DNA of 64,000 nucleotides, taken from positions 27,406-91,405 of the IMG/VR virus record IMGVR_UViG_3300009678_000002; one strand, 5' to 3'. Under the pieces are notes generated by a model. The model worked only from the letters and a program-made list of their open reading frames with translations, searched no databases and was not told where the DNA came from. The translations under genes and the position numbers were made by a program. This document shows, piece after piece, positions 45,717 through 54,649 of the stretch (within the stretch, counting starts at the first letter, position 1; each line of letters opens with the position of its first letter). This stretch comes from a virus (Duplodnaviria; Caudoviricetes).

Positions 45717-46693
45717 CAGCGCACCTCCTTGCGCGTGCGCTCGATCAGTTCCTTCAGCGGCACCGGGCGAAGCTGCGCGGGGATCTCGTGCTCGGTGGTC
45801 GTTGCACGTGAAACCCGATCAGCGAGTCCAGCGAAGTCGCGCATGAGCCAGTCGAGCCGCAACGCGCGACCGCTCGCGCGCTGGTCAGCCACGAACGCTT
45901 CGACCATGCCCCGCCACAGCCCCACCGGGTCGCGCGGCGAGCGCTTGGCGCATGACCCCCAGGCCGTCAGCAGGTTGCGCTCGTGGGGCAGCCTAGGCCC
46001 GCACGTGTCGCTGCCGCCGCCGGCCAACTCTTCCCACACCGCCCACAGTTGCCACTGCGGCCTCGGCGGAGGCATCGCGTCGATCGGTTCGCCGTCCTCG
46101 TCGAGCTCTGGATCCCCTTCCGCGCTGGCGTATGTCCGCCCGGTTGATCCCCCGGCGCTGATCAGTGCGTGTGACCCGGCACGGCCGCTGCTGCCGTTGA
46201 CCCCTCCCTCTCGCGAAGGTTCGCGCGCGCTCCCCTCCCCTTCTAGGTCTAGGTCTAGGTCTAGGTCAGGCGCGAGACCCTCGCGAGACTCTCCGGAATC
46301 GTTCGCGGGAGTCGCGCGACCATCTCCGGAATCCTCCAAGACGTAGGAATCATTGGACTCAGGAGGGGGGACGCGCGGCTTGCCGGGCTTGTCGACGCGC
46401 TGGTGCTTGGTCCAGTTGCGGATCTCGAAGTAGCGCTGCCCGCGAACCTCGTAGAGCCTCACGAAGTGCATGGCGGAGAGCCTCGCGAGACTCTCGCGAA
46501 AGACTCGCGACGGTTCCTGGTCGAATGGGAAGACCTGGTGCGCGAGCGCTTCGGGAATGCACCGGCCCCTGCCGTAGTCGTCGGCGAGCAGGATGAGCGC
46601 GACCGAGAGCACCCGGGCGTCGCTGCCGGCGCGCAGGATGTCCTCGTCTTCGAGCCACTCCGGCTTGACCGTTCGTATGCGTAGGCCGCTCAT
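45716..46693 (-). CDS. Phage replication initiator
   Basis: RIRTVKPEW, ADDYGR, NWTKHQ, DLDLDL linker; directly upstream of dnaB. Confidence 0.85.
   Translation of the reverse strand: MSGLRIRTVKPEWLEDEDILRAGSDARVLSVALILLADDYGRGRCIPEALAHQVFPFDQEPSRVFRESLARLSAMHFVRLYEVRGQRYFEIRNWTKHQRVDKPGKPRVPPPESNDSYVLEDSGDGRATPANDSGESREGLAPDLDLDLDLEGEGSAREPSREGGVNGSSGRAGSHALISAGGSTGRTYASAEGDPELDEDGEPIDAMPPPRPQWQLWAVWEELAGGGSDTCGPRLPHERNLLTAWGSCAKRSPRDPVGLWRGMVEAFVADQRASGRALRLDWLMRDFAGLADRVSRATTTEHEIPAQLRPVPLKELIERTRKEVR
46242..46510. repeat. Probable origin iterons inside the initiator gene
   Basis: (TCTAGG)x4 at 46242-46265; CCTCGCGAGACTCTC at 46279 and 46481; TCTCCGGAATC at 46290 and 46323. Confidence 0.65.
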
Positions 46694-46746
46694 GGAAACC
46701 GAATCCCTTTCGTCCCTCGCGCGGGACGCTCGCGAGCACTGGTGGC

Positions 46747-47403
46747 CTAGGCGTTGAGCTGGTCGGAGTCCCCGGTCAGGTCCTGGTCGTCGGCGGGCAG
46801 GTCGTCGCTGATGTCGACGTCGTCGAGTTCGTCGATGGCGTCGGCGTCCTCGGCCTCGCAGGCGACGGGCTCGCCATCGATCTCGGCGGTCACCTGCGGC
46901 GCGCCGTTGCTGACGCCGGCGAGCTGCGTGTGGTCGCCGAGCCAGGGCATGCCGCGCTGGTGCTCGCGCTCCTCGGCGGTCATGGCGCGGTCGGTGATGA
47001 CCTCGTTCGTGTCGAGGCGCGTCTCGGTGATGCGGTTCTCCTTGAAGAACTTCGCGACCGCGACCTGGATGATCTTCTTTTCGCCGCCATCCTTGAACAC
47101 CTGCAGCAGCTTGTCGCGCTGCTCCTCGTGGGGCTTCATCTGCGCGTTGAGCACCTTGCGCCGAGCCTTCAGGTCGCCGAGCTTGCTGGCGTTCTCGGCG
47201 GCCTCGAGTCCGATCTCACGCCAGCGCGAGTCGGTCGGCGGGCACACGAGCTCGCGTGCGATGGTCGCGTGCTCGATGCCGCTGTCCTCGTCGAACGAGA
47301 CCACCTCGGGCTCGGCCTCGGCGGCGGTGTTGTCGTTCGCGGCCTTCAGCTCGGGCGGCTTGCGCGGCTTGCGTGGCTTCTTGGGCTTGGTCGACTTGGC
47401 CAT
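46747..47403 (-). CDS. Hypothetical coiled-coil protein with acidic tail
   Basis: GGAGG RBS; TRLDTNEVITDRAMTAEERE. Confidence 0.7.
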   Translation of the reverse strand: MAKSTKPKKPRKPRKPPELKAANDNTAAEAEPEVVSFDEDSGIEHATIARELVCPPTDSRWREIGLEAAENASKLGDLKARRKVLNAQMKPHEEQRDKLLQVFKDGGEKKIIQVAVAKFFKENRITETRLDTNEVITDRAMTAEEREHQRGMPWLGDHTQLAGVSNGAPQVTAEIDGEPVACEAEDADAIDELDDVDISDDLPADDQDLTGDSDQLNA

Positions 47404-47433
47404 GTCATTCCCTCCGGTCCGGTCGGTTTTCAT

Positions 47434-48006
47434 TCAGCGAGCAGCGGCGGCCGCTCGCGTTGCACTCTTGCCCTGCAGGGTCGCGCCGTCGGCGGACCAC
47501 TGGACCCGGCGCAGGCGGCGCAGGCCGGCGATGGCGCGGCAGACGCTCTCGTGGCGCGTCCAGAGCAGCGCTGCGATGTCGCGCTGCATGATCGGCGGGC
47601 AGCGGCCATGCTCGTCGGCGAGCAGCTCGAGTAGGCGATGCACCCGCCCGAGCGTTTCCTCGCGGGCCCTGATGTCGCACAGCGCGTCCACGCGCGCCGA
47701 GGCGTGCGCGAGAACCTCGAAGCCGGCTGCGGGGTCGACCACGGCGTCGAACCGCACCAGGGACGCGGACTCGGTTACGGCGAGCAGTCGCGTCGGGCCC
47801 GATAGCCACGCGCCCTGGCCCGCCGACATGATGTCCACGAACCTCGAGCGCTCGCCGGGCACCTCCGGCAGCGAGCGCAGCACAACGCCGCTCTGCACCA
47901 GCACCAGCGCTCCGCCCTCGTGAACGCGGCCGGCCTGCGCACGTAGCGTAAGGTGCTCGCCGCCGAGCCCAACCGCCGTGATGTCTCTGATTCGCTGCAG
48001 CTTCAT
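47434..48006 (-). CDS. Crp/Fnr-family transcriptional regulator
   Basis: cNMP-like beta-roll (LVQSGVV..FVDIMSAG..AVTES) plus HTH MQRDIAALLWTRHESVCRAIAGL. Confidence 0.78.
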   Translation of the reverse strand: MKLQRIRDITAVGLGGEHLTLRAQAGRVHEGGALVLVQSGVVLRSLPEVPGERSRFVDIMSAGQGAWLSGPTRLLAVTESASLVRFDAVVDPAAGFEVLAHASARVDALCDIRAREETLGRVHRLLELLADEHGRCPPIMQRDIAALLWTRHESVCRAIAGLRRLRRVQWSADGATLQGKSATRAAAAAR

Positions 48007-48560
48007 GCCGCCCTCGCTTTCTCGACCCTTCGCTGGGCCTGCTCTAGCTGCGCGATACGCAGCGTCATCAGCGCGTCCGCCTTGGCGAGGTACTTGGCCA
48101 CGGCCTCGGGCTTGTGCGCCTTCGCGAACGCGACCGACGACCAGCGCTTGAGGATGCGGCCGGTCCTGTTCGCGCGGCGCTCGGCGTGCGCGAGCTCGCG
48201 CTGCAGCGCTGCGATGCGCTGCTGCTTCGCGCTCGGTCCGCACGGCCGCAGCGCAGCTTGGCGCCGCCGCTTGCGCTCGCCGACGGTCGGGTGCGCGGGC
48301 TTGCCGAGCTTGAGCCGGGCCTTGCGAGTGGCCTCCCGAGCGGCGAGCAGGAGGTCGCGCTCCTCGGCTTTCATCTTGAGCCAGACCAGGCGCTTGGCCT
48401 TGCGCGCGGCGCGCAGTGCTTCGGGCGACGGGCGCTGGCGAGCGATGCGCGCGAGCCGGGCGAGGCTCGGGCCCTTGCGCCGCGTGCCCTGCCGGCCGCG
48501 CACCTGGGCCTCGAGCGCGGGGTTCGCTGCGAGGTCGGCGGGCGTGAACTTGTTTCCCAT
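48003..48560 (-). CDS. Highly basic hypothetical protein
   Basis: Arg/Lys-rich, coupled at both ends. Confidence 0.6.
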   Translation of the reverse strand: MGNKFTPADLAANPALEAQVRGRQGTRRKGPSLARLARIARQRPSPEALRAARKAKRLVWLKMKAEERDLLLAAREATRKARLKLGKPAHPTVGERKRRRQAALRPCGPSAKQQRIAALQRELAHAERRANRTGRILKRWSSVAFAKAHKPEAVAKYLAKADALMTLRIAQLEQAQRRVEKARAA

Positions 48561-48838
48561 CAGTTGAGCTCCATGCGGTTGGGCGCGCGAACGGGCGCGT
48601 AGTGCTCGCGGCGCGCGGCGGCGATGGCGTCGAGCTCCATCTTGAGCGCGTCGCGCTGGCGCTCGGCCGCGAGCATCCGCTGCCCGGTGCGAACGAAGCA
48701 CCAGGACCACGCAGCGATGGCCGCCGTGACCGCGGGCAGGACCGCGCGCGGGTCCATCGCGCCCGCGAACGCCACGCTTGCGATGCACAGCGCGAACAGC
48801 TCGAACGGTCGAACGACGTGCAGCCAACGCTTGATCAT
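48560..48838 (-). CDS. Small membrane protein
   Basis: Two hydrophobic segments plus a coiled coil. Confidence 0.6.
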   Translation of the reverse strand: MIKRWLHVVRPFELFALCIASVAFAGAMDPRAVLPAVTAAIAAWSWCFVRTGQRMLAAERQRDALKMELDAIAAARREHYAPVRAPNRMELN

Positions 48839-49842
48839 GCGAACCCCCGCAGTGGAACGAACACCTTGCCGAGCGGCGAGAACTCCGCGTGGAACTGCTG
48901 CAGCTCGGTGCCGAAGTAGAAGAACGTCTGCGCGTAGCGGTTGTCCTCGACCGGGCGGCCGTTCAGCTCGAACGCGATCCGCTTGTCCGGCAGCTGCATC
49001 GCGTCGCAGTGCTCGGCGAGCAGCTGGTACCAGCCTGCCTCGGTCGAGCTGTTCACGAGCACGATGGCGGCGTCGAACGCGCGCTGGTCGCGGTACTCGT
49101 GCACGAACTTGACTGCGAACTGCAGGATGAGACCGCGCGAGTAAGGCGGGTTCATCCACAGCGTGCGCGCTTCGCTCGACCACGACGACACGAGGCCGCT
49201 GTCGTCCTTCGTGTAGAAGCGCTCGGCGCGGATGACGTTCTGCGCCATCGCGTTGCTCGCGGGGTCGACGCCGATGCGACCGCCGAGCACCTTGCGCGCA
49301 GGCTCGACGTACAGCGCGGGCGTGCCGTACGCGTCGCCGTCGTAGTCGACCGCGGCCGAGACGCTGCCGACGTGCGACGCCCGGCTACTCTTCTCGATCT
49401 TCGCGCGCTTGCTGTTGACGCGCTGGCGCCACTCCTCCTCGGGGATATCTCCAATCTTTTCGAGCCGGCCGGCCTCGCCCCAGGAGATACCGAGCCGCTT
49501 GAGCTCCGCCGACTTCGAAACCGCTTCGGGAACGGGAGAGGTTTCCTCGTCGCCCGCCTTCCGCTTCTTGGGCCGGCCGCCGCCGGTCGGGTGCTGCGGC
49601 ATTTCCTTGATGAGCTGGCCGAGCCGGCGGTTGGCCTCCTCCGCAATGACGAACGCGTCGCCATGCGCGGAGGCCGCGTCCTTCCGGCGCTTCGCATAGA
49701 AGACCATCGCGAGGTGCACGTCGCGGAACTTCAGGACCTCGTCGAGGTCGCGCGACTCGGCGAGCAGAACGCGCGCCTCCTCGACCCTCGAGCTCGCGAG
49801 CGCGGCGGCGCCGGTGTCGAGCGTCGTGATGATGTCGTTCAT
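48835..49842 (-). CDS. Phage DNA N6-adenine methyltransferase (Dam-like)
   Basis: YGTP, DPAS, WMNPPYS, LVNSSTEAGWYQ, RIAF. Confidence 0.9.
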   Translation of the reverse strand: MNDIITTLDTGAAALASSRVEEARVLLAESRDLDEVLKFRDVHLAMVFYAKRRKDAASAHGDAFVIAEEANRRLGQLIKEMPQHPTGGGRPKKRKAGDEETSPVPEAVSKSAELKRLGISWGEAGRLEKIGDIPEEEWRQRVNSKRAKIEKSSRASHVGSVSAAVDYDGDAYGTPALYVEPARKVLGGRIGVDPASNAMAQNVIRAERFYTKDDSGLVSSWSSEARTLWMNPPYSRGLILQFAVKFVHEYRDQRAFDAAIVLVNSSTEAGWYQLLAEHCDAMQLPDKRIAFELNGRPVEDNRYAQTFFYFGTELQQFHAEFSPLGKVFVPLRGFA

Positions 49843-50228
49843 GCCGCCGCTCCCGTGCGCAGCGCACACCACTCGCGGTACGGCAGGACGACGCCCGTCT
49901 CGCGGACGTCGCGGAACCACGTGGTCAGCATTGGACCGAAAGCGTGCGCGAGCGCGCGGCTCGAGGTGCCGTCAGCCTCGTTGGCGCAGAACCGCGAGAG
50001 GTCGTCGGCGAGCACCATCGCGTCGGCGAACGAGGGCGCGTCGACGATACTAAGCCCGCTCGGCCAGTGGTCGACGACCCATCCGCGCACACGGCGGAGC
50101 AGGCCAGTGGAGACGCTCGGCACGGTTTCATTCACGAGCTCGGCGCGCACCGCGAAGTAGCCGACCTGCACCCCCGACACGAAGATCGGACCGGCCGGTG
50201 TCTCGTGCCTGTACACGAACTCGTTCAT
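49839..50228 (-). CDS. Hypothetical protein; paralog of 42599-43000
   Basis: QVGYFAVR, WVVDHWPSGL, ADDLSRF, YREW. Confidence 0.7.
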   Translation of the reverse strand: MNEFVYRHETPAGPIFVSGVQVGYFAVRAELVNETVPSVSTGLLRRVRGWVVDHWPSGLSIVDAPSFADAMVLADDLSRFCANEADGTSSRALAHAFGPMLTTWFRDVRETGVVLPYREWCALRTGAAA

Positions 50229-50668
50229 GCCGCCGCTCCCGCCGCGGCCTGGGCGCGCGCGATCTCCGCGTGCTCGTGTTCGAGCAGGCGCGCGATGCGC
50301 ACGAACGACCCGCCGCACGCGGCGGCGATGTCGAGCACGGTCTCAATCGTCGGCAGCTTGCGCCCCGTCTCGACCTGCCAGATGTGCGTGCGGTCCGCGT
50401 CGCAGCGCACGCCTACCTCCTCGAGCGTCATGCCCGTGCGGTGGCGCATGGCGCGCAGCTCGGCGCCGATCACCTTGGCCAGCGCAACGCTGCGGGCCGA
50501 GCGCACCCGACGACGCGCGCGGCGCGGCGCGCCCACGACACCGAGCCTGCGGAACATGCGCCCCGATCCATCTGGGCACGCAGGCAGAGACCAGTGCGGC
50601 GCCGGGACGTGCGTCGAGTACGCGCTGCGGCAGAGCAGGCACTTGGTCGTTGGTCGCGGCAGCTTCAT
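50225..50668 (-). CDS. XRE-family HTH protein with N-terminal Cys/His motif
   Basis: LRAMRHRTGMTLEEVG..DRTHIWQVETGRKLPT. Confidence 0.85.
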   Translation of the reverse strand: MKLPRPTTKCLLCRSAYSTHVPAPHWSLPACPDGSGRMFRRLGVVGAPRRARRRVRSARSVALAKVIGAELRAMRHRTGMTLEEVGVRCDADRTHIWQVETGRKLPTIETVLDIAAACGGSFVRIARLLEHEHAEIARAQAAAGAAA

Positions 50669-51117
50669 GCGCGCGCCCTCCCGTTCGGTGCTGACCACGA
50701 GGGCGGCGCCGGCGGCGGCCGCGGACCGCTCGGCTCGACCCGCGGCCTCTTCGAGTACAGCGCCGCGAGCACGTGCTCGACCATGATCGCCTTGCGCACC
50801 GCGATGGCGGCGTCCGACTCCGGCGTCGGCAGGTACGAGCGATCGTCATCGTCGAGCTGCGGCCGGCCGGGCAGGTCCCGCGCGCGGCCGGCGGCGACGA
50901 TTGCGGCAGCTACGAGGCGCGGGCCGACCTCGAGTTCGTCTGCGATCCAGATGAGCCAGTCGGCGCGCGGGCACTCGAGCCACGCGCGGCGGAACGATGC
51001 CTCGCCGACGCCGTCGGTGCGCACGTGCGTGAGCCAGAACAGCAGTTGCGATGGCGCGTCGCGGTGCGAGCGCACGAACGCAATCAGGTCTGCGATGGAC
51101 GCAGGTTCCTTGCTCAT
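50665..51117 (-). CDS. Hypothetical protein (W..C.R.DW..W motif)
   Basis: AWLECPRADWLIWIA; ATGA-coupled. Confidence 0.65.
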   Translation of the reverse strand: MSKEPASIADLIAFVRSHRDAPSQLLFWLTHVRTDGVGEASFRRAWLECPRADWLIWIADELEVGPRLVAAAIVAAGRARDLPGRPQLDDDDRSYLPTPESDAAIAVRKAIMVEHVLAALYSKRPRVEPSGPRPPPAPPSWSAPNGRARA

Positions 51118-51422
51118 GAGGCCGCCTTCGGTGCGATCGGCTCGGCGTCCGTCGCGTTGTCTGCGGCCGGCGGGTTCGTGCCCAGCAGCAGGTAGTCGAT
51201 CGACACGCCGAGCTCGGCCGCGATCCGAATCGTCAGCTTCCGGCCTGCGTTGCGCGCGAGAGCGCCCTTGCCGCTCTCGATGCGCCACAGCGCGCTCGGT
51301 GTGATTCCCAGCCGCCGCGCGAGGTCGGCCTGCTTCAGGCCCTTGCGGCAGCGCAGCGCGAGGATACGTGCGCCCATCGTGACCGCCGGCGGCGCCTCAC
51401 CATCGGACTCGGTTGATTGCAT
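51114..51422 (-). CDS. Cro-like XRE repressor
   Basis: GLKQADLARRLGITPSALWRIESG..LGVSIDYLLLG; first gene of the leftward operon. Confidence 0.85.
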   Translation of the reverse strand: MQSTESDGEAPPAVTMGARILALRCRKGLKQADLARRLGITPSALWRIESGKGALARNAGRKLTIRIAAELGVSIDYLLLGTNPPAADNATDAEPIAPKAAS

Positions 51423-51527
51423 AGCCGCTTTGGCCTATGACATTGTGGACGTTGAGTCAAGCGGCACTGCGCGGTATAGACCAAGGGGGGCAATTGCGTG
51501 GACGTGACCCTGTACGACGATAGGTCC
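51423..51527. promoter_or_regulatory. Divergent immunity control region
   Basis: Minus strand TTGACT-N17-TAGGCC; plus strand TTGCGT-N16-GACGAT; TATGAC half-site. Confidence 0.55.
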
Positions 51528-52109
51528 ATGAGGACCGACAAGACGACGCCGGCCGCGGCGCCGCCCGCTGCTGATGAACCGCCACCCGTGCCCCGCCCGT
51601 ACGCGGAACAGGGCCGGAGAATGCGCGAGGCGCGCGAGTCGCTTGATATTGATCAGGCCGAGATGGCGCGCCGCGTCGATGTCGAGCCGCAAACCTACTG
51701 GCGCTACGAGGTCGGCGAACGCTCACCCAAGCGCACGCGCATGGAGCGGATCGCCGGCATCCTCGGCCGGGCGCCCGAGTACTTCACGCGCGGCGAGGAA
51801 CCGCCGAAGCAGCTGTCGCGCGGCCAGGTCCTCGAGATGATCGAGGACGAGCTCGGCCTCAGTGAAGCGCAGAAAGCACGCATGCGTCTGCTGCTCGGCA
51901 AGTTCAAGCACCACCGCGTCGACGTCGACTACCTCGAGGCCGCCGCCGACCTCGTGAAATACCCTGACGTCACCGACGAAACCGTGCACGCGACCGCAGT
52001 GACCATCGCGACGAACGCGCAGGCGCGCGAGACGAGCGCGCGCAAGCTCGGCGCTCGACACGAGAGCGACGCGCCGCACAAGCCGCGCCGCACGCACCGC
52101 ACGCGCTGA
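51528..52109 (+). CDS. CI-like XRE repressor without S24 autopeptidase domain
   Basis: MREARESLDIDQAEMARRVDV..TYWRYEVGERSP; divergent from the Cro-like gene. Confidence 0.85.
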   Translation: MRTDKTTPAAAPPAADEPPPVPRPYAEQGRRMREARESLDIDQAEMARRVDVEPQTYWRYEVGERSPKRTRMERIAGILGRAPEYFTRGEEPPKQLSRGQVLEMIEDELGLSEAQKARMRLLLGKFKHHRVDVDYLEAAADLVKYPDVTDETVHATAVTIATNAQARETSARKLGARHESDAPHKPRRTHRTR

Positions 52110-52481
52110 TCAGGCTGGCGTTGCTGCAGGAGCAGGCGCAGCCGCGAGCATGCGCGCGCGCGAGCGCGTGGCGAGCATCTGCCCGACCAGGTACTCGACC
52201 GCGAACGCGGTGACGGGCACGCAGCGCGAGCGCAGCATCCACTCCGCCACGCACGCAGCGACATCGTGCTGCTGCTGCCGCTCGCTGCGCGTTGCGTCGT
52301 AGCAGATCCACGAGCCGACCAGGCGCGGGTCGCCGTCCTCGACGCGCAGCGAGAGGTCGCAGATCCACGCGAACCGGAACGCGTCCGGCTGCGCCGACGC
52401 GTCATCGCTCGCGAGGAGTTCCGACGCCAGCTCCGTGAGCCCCACTACAGCACCCGACCCAACCACAACGCGCAGTCCCAT
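52110..52481 (-). CDS. Degenerate ImmA/IrrE-like protein lacking HExxH (start uncertain)
   Basis: WICYDATRSERQQQHDVAACVAEWML aligns in position with the ImmA I...R.RF..AHELGH segment; convergent with the repressor. Confidence 0.5.
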   Translation of the reverse strand: MGLRVVVGSGAVVGLTELASELLASDDASAQPDAFRFAWICDLSLRVEDGDPRLVGSWICYDATRSERQQQHDVAACVAEWMLRSRCVPVTAFAVEYLVGQMLATRSRARMLAAAPAPAATPA

Positions 52482-52631
52482 GTGACCCGAAGGTTTCGCA
52501 CGCGCCCCCCGGAACGGTCAACCGGCCGAATCGGGCTATTTCCCAATGCTTTCGCGTACATCCGAGGAGATGGCCCCACAGTACACCACAGCCAAAACCT
52601 GGCCACCCTACGAATTTCTTCGATCTCCCCT

Positions 52632-52660
52632 TTGACGTATGCCCCTTTGTCATATACCGT
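52632..52660 (+). promoter_or_regulatory. Early rightward promoter with overlapping 17-bp operator-like palindrome
   Basis: TTGACG-N17-TACCGT-N7-ATG; the spacer is TATGCC-CCTTT-GTCATA (52638-52654). Confidence 0.7.
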
Positions 52661-52667
52661 TCTGACT

Positions 52668-52919
52668 ATGGAAATCCTGCACCCCATCATCAAGACCGAC
52701 TGGGCCGCCGCACTCCGCCGCGAGGAGGCCGAGGCCGTGCCCCACTTCGTCGCTGCGTACGAGCGCGCAGCGGACGCTGACGAGGACGGCATGCACCCCC
52801 CGACCGCTGCCGCTCTCCTGCACGAGGTCCGCCGCGCCTACGGGTGGAACGACGACGCGATCCCGAGCGCCATCCGCGAACACTTGGCCGCCGACTGGGG
52901 CGTCGAGGTCGCGTCATGA
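52668..52919 (+). CDS. First early gene (hypothetical)
   Basis: MEILHPII start just after the promoter. Confidence 0.65.
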   Translation: MEILHPIIKTDWAAALRREEAEAVPHFVAAYERAADADEDGMHPPTAAALLHEVRRAYGWNDDAIPSAIREHLAADWGVEVAS

Positions 52920-53158
52920 ACCGACCGCGCTACACCGCGCACTGCCGATTCGGCTGCGGCGCTTTCATCTACCGGTCGAGCACGCTCGACTGCGCGAGCT
53001 TCAGCGGGCGCTGCGACTGCGGCGCGCGCGTTGCCTTCGTTCGCGCGTACGAGCCCGGCGAGTCGGTCGGGCTCGGCGCGCAGCTCCGCGCCATCGGCGC
53101 GACCGACCTGACGCTGCTCCCGGCACAACCCCAGGACCGCGCGGAGGCGACGCCATGA
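52916..53158 (+). CDS. Small Zn-binding protein
   Basis: CxxxCG..CDCG; ATGA-coupled. Confidence 0.6.
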   Translation: MNRPRYTAHCRFGCGAFIYRSSTLDCASFSGRCDCGARVAFVRAYEPGESVGLGAQLRAIGATDLTLLPAQPQDRAEATP

Positions 53159-53520
53159 CGATCGAGCTGACCGAGCGCACGCAGGTCCGCGCGTTCTGGA
53201 GCGTCGGCGGGCGGGGCATGGACATGCTCGCCGCGGTCTACAAGCCCGAGGGCGAGCAGTGGAAGGCCTTCTATCGGTTCCGTTACTACGTCGACGGCAA
53301 GGCCTTCGACAGCGCGGACCGCAAGACCTTCTTTGAACTCGCCGCGCCGGACGTCGACACGCTCGTCAACGCGATCGAGATGGTCGCGGCGCTCACCGCC
53401 CAGACGTTCGGCGGAACGGTCGAGCGCGTCGACATCAACGGGACCGGCATCGACGCGCTCGAGAAGCTGGCCGCCAAGTCGTGGATCCACACGAAGATCG
53501 ACGGGGCGCCCGATGCGTAG
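53155..53520 (+). CDS. Hypothetical protein
   Basis: 121 aa; YRFRYY motif; GGAGG RBS. Confidence 0.7.
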   Translation: MTIELTERTQVRAFWSVGGRGMDMLAAVYKPEGEQWKAFYRFRYYVDGKAFDSADRKTFFELAAPDVDTLVNAIEMVAALTAQTFGGTVERVDINGTGIDALEKLAAKSWIHTKIDGAPDA

Positions 53521-53830
53521 GCCGCGACGCCGAACCCTCGAGGTCTCGTTCACGCCGAGCGGCGCGCGCGTGTTCTACCGCGCGACGGTCGAGGACACGT
53601 TCGCCGAGGTCGCGACCGTGCACGATGGCTGGCGCTGCAAGTGCGGCGCGGCCTGCGTGCGCGGTCACCTGCTGCACGACTCGGGCGCGCAGTACGGGAG
53701 CGACGACATGCGCGGCAGCGCCAAGTGCGACGCCTGCGGAGAGGTCGTCGGAGTCATGCGCGTGCGAGGTCTGTGCGCGCTGTTCGCTGGGTGTGACTAC
53801 GGAGTTCATCAAGAGGAGGCCGCGTCATGA
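53513..53830 (+). CDS. Zn-ribbon protein
   Basis: CKCG..CDACG. Confidence 0.6.
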   Translation: MRRPRRRTLEVSFTPSGARVFYRATVEDTFAEVATVHDGWRCKCGAACVRGHLLHDSGAQYGSDDMRGSAKCDACGEVVGVMRVRGLCALFAGCDYGVHQEEAAS

Positions 53831-54195
53831 GCAACGTCCTGCAATTCCCCGTGCGCGAGCACGCGTCATCGGAACCGAAGCTGCCCGCGCTCGGCGTGTA
53901 CCTGTACGACGGCAACGTGGTCGCGGTGTTCGAGAAGCTCGATCACACGGTCGCGGTCGTCGACCACCGGGGCACGCTGTTCGAGACCTGCCACCTGCCG
54001 GTCGGCTCGACGATCCCCGGACCGCTCTCGCGCATGCTGCTGAACGCGGCCGAGATGTTCAACGCGTCGGCGACCATCGTGCTCTCGCGCGGGCTCACGC
54101 CGCAGGCGCGCAAGGCGGCGATCGCTGCCAAGTGCGCGGCGCAACTCCTCTGCATCGAGCTCGCGGAGTTCATCCTGCTGGAGATGCGGCGATGA
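53827..54195 (+). CDS. Hypothetical protein, weakly RadC/JAB-like
   Basis: VVDHRG..VGST..LLNAA..NASATIVL; no HNHPSG. Confidence 0.5.
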   Translation: MSNVLQFPVREHASSEPKLPALGVYLYDGNVVAVFEKLDHTVAVVDHRGTLFETCHLPVGSTIPGPLSRMLLNAAEMFNASATIVLSRGLTPQARKAAIAAKCAAQLLCIELAEFILLEMRR

Positions 54196-54343
54196 GCTAC
54201 CGCGAACGCGAGAAGGCGCGCGCGCAGGCGAGCGAGGCTCGGAGCGCGATCGCGAGCATGCTGCCCGGAGAGCTCAAGCCCGCGGTGCGCGCAGCGATCT
54301 CGGCGCTAGCGCTGGAGCGGACAGCGAACGCGAGGTCGAACCC

Positions 54344-54649
54344 ATGACCCCGCAGGAGATCGCGGCGGCCATCCTGCGCGACGTGCTCACTGGGCCGAAG
54401 CGCTGGACGCGTGGCGCGTACGCGCGCAACTGGTACGGGATGCCGGTCGGACCGGAGAGCCACAACGCGGAGTGCTGGTGCATCTCCGGGGCAGCGCGTC
54501 GCGTATGCGATGAAATGACCGACCGCGACGTCCTGTTCGTGGACGTCGAGCGCATCGCCGGCGTGCCCGCGCCCGAGTTCAACGATGCGCGCGAAACAAC
54601 GTTCGACGACGTCCGCCGCGTGCTCGAGACCATCGCGAGGGCAGCATGA
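54344..54649 (+). CDS. DUF6197-like phage protein
   Basis: WTRGAYAR..G.PV..CWCISGA..FND. Confidence 0.65.
   Translation: MTPQEIAAAILRDVLTGPKRWTRGAYARNWYGMPVGPESHNAECWCISGAARRVCDEMTDRDVLFVDVERIAGVPAPEFNDARETTFDDVRRVLETIARAA

Noticed and set aside
44112-46346. 744-aa plus-strand ORF
   Set aside because: Antisense shadow of dnaB and the initiator.
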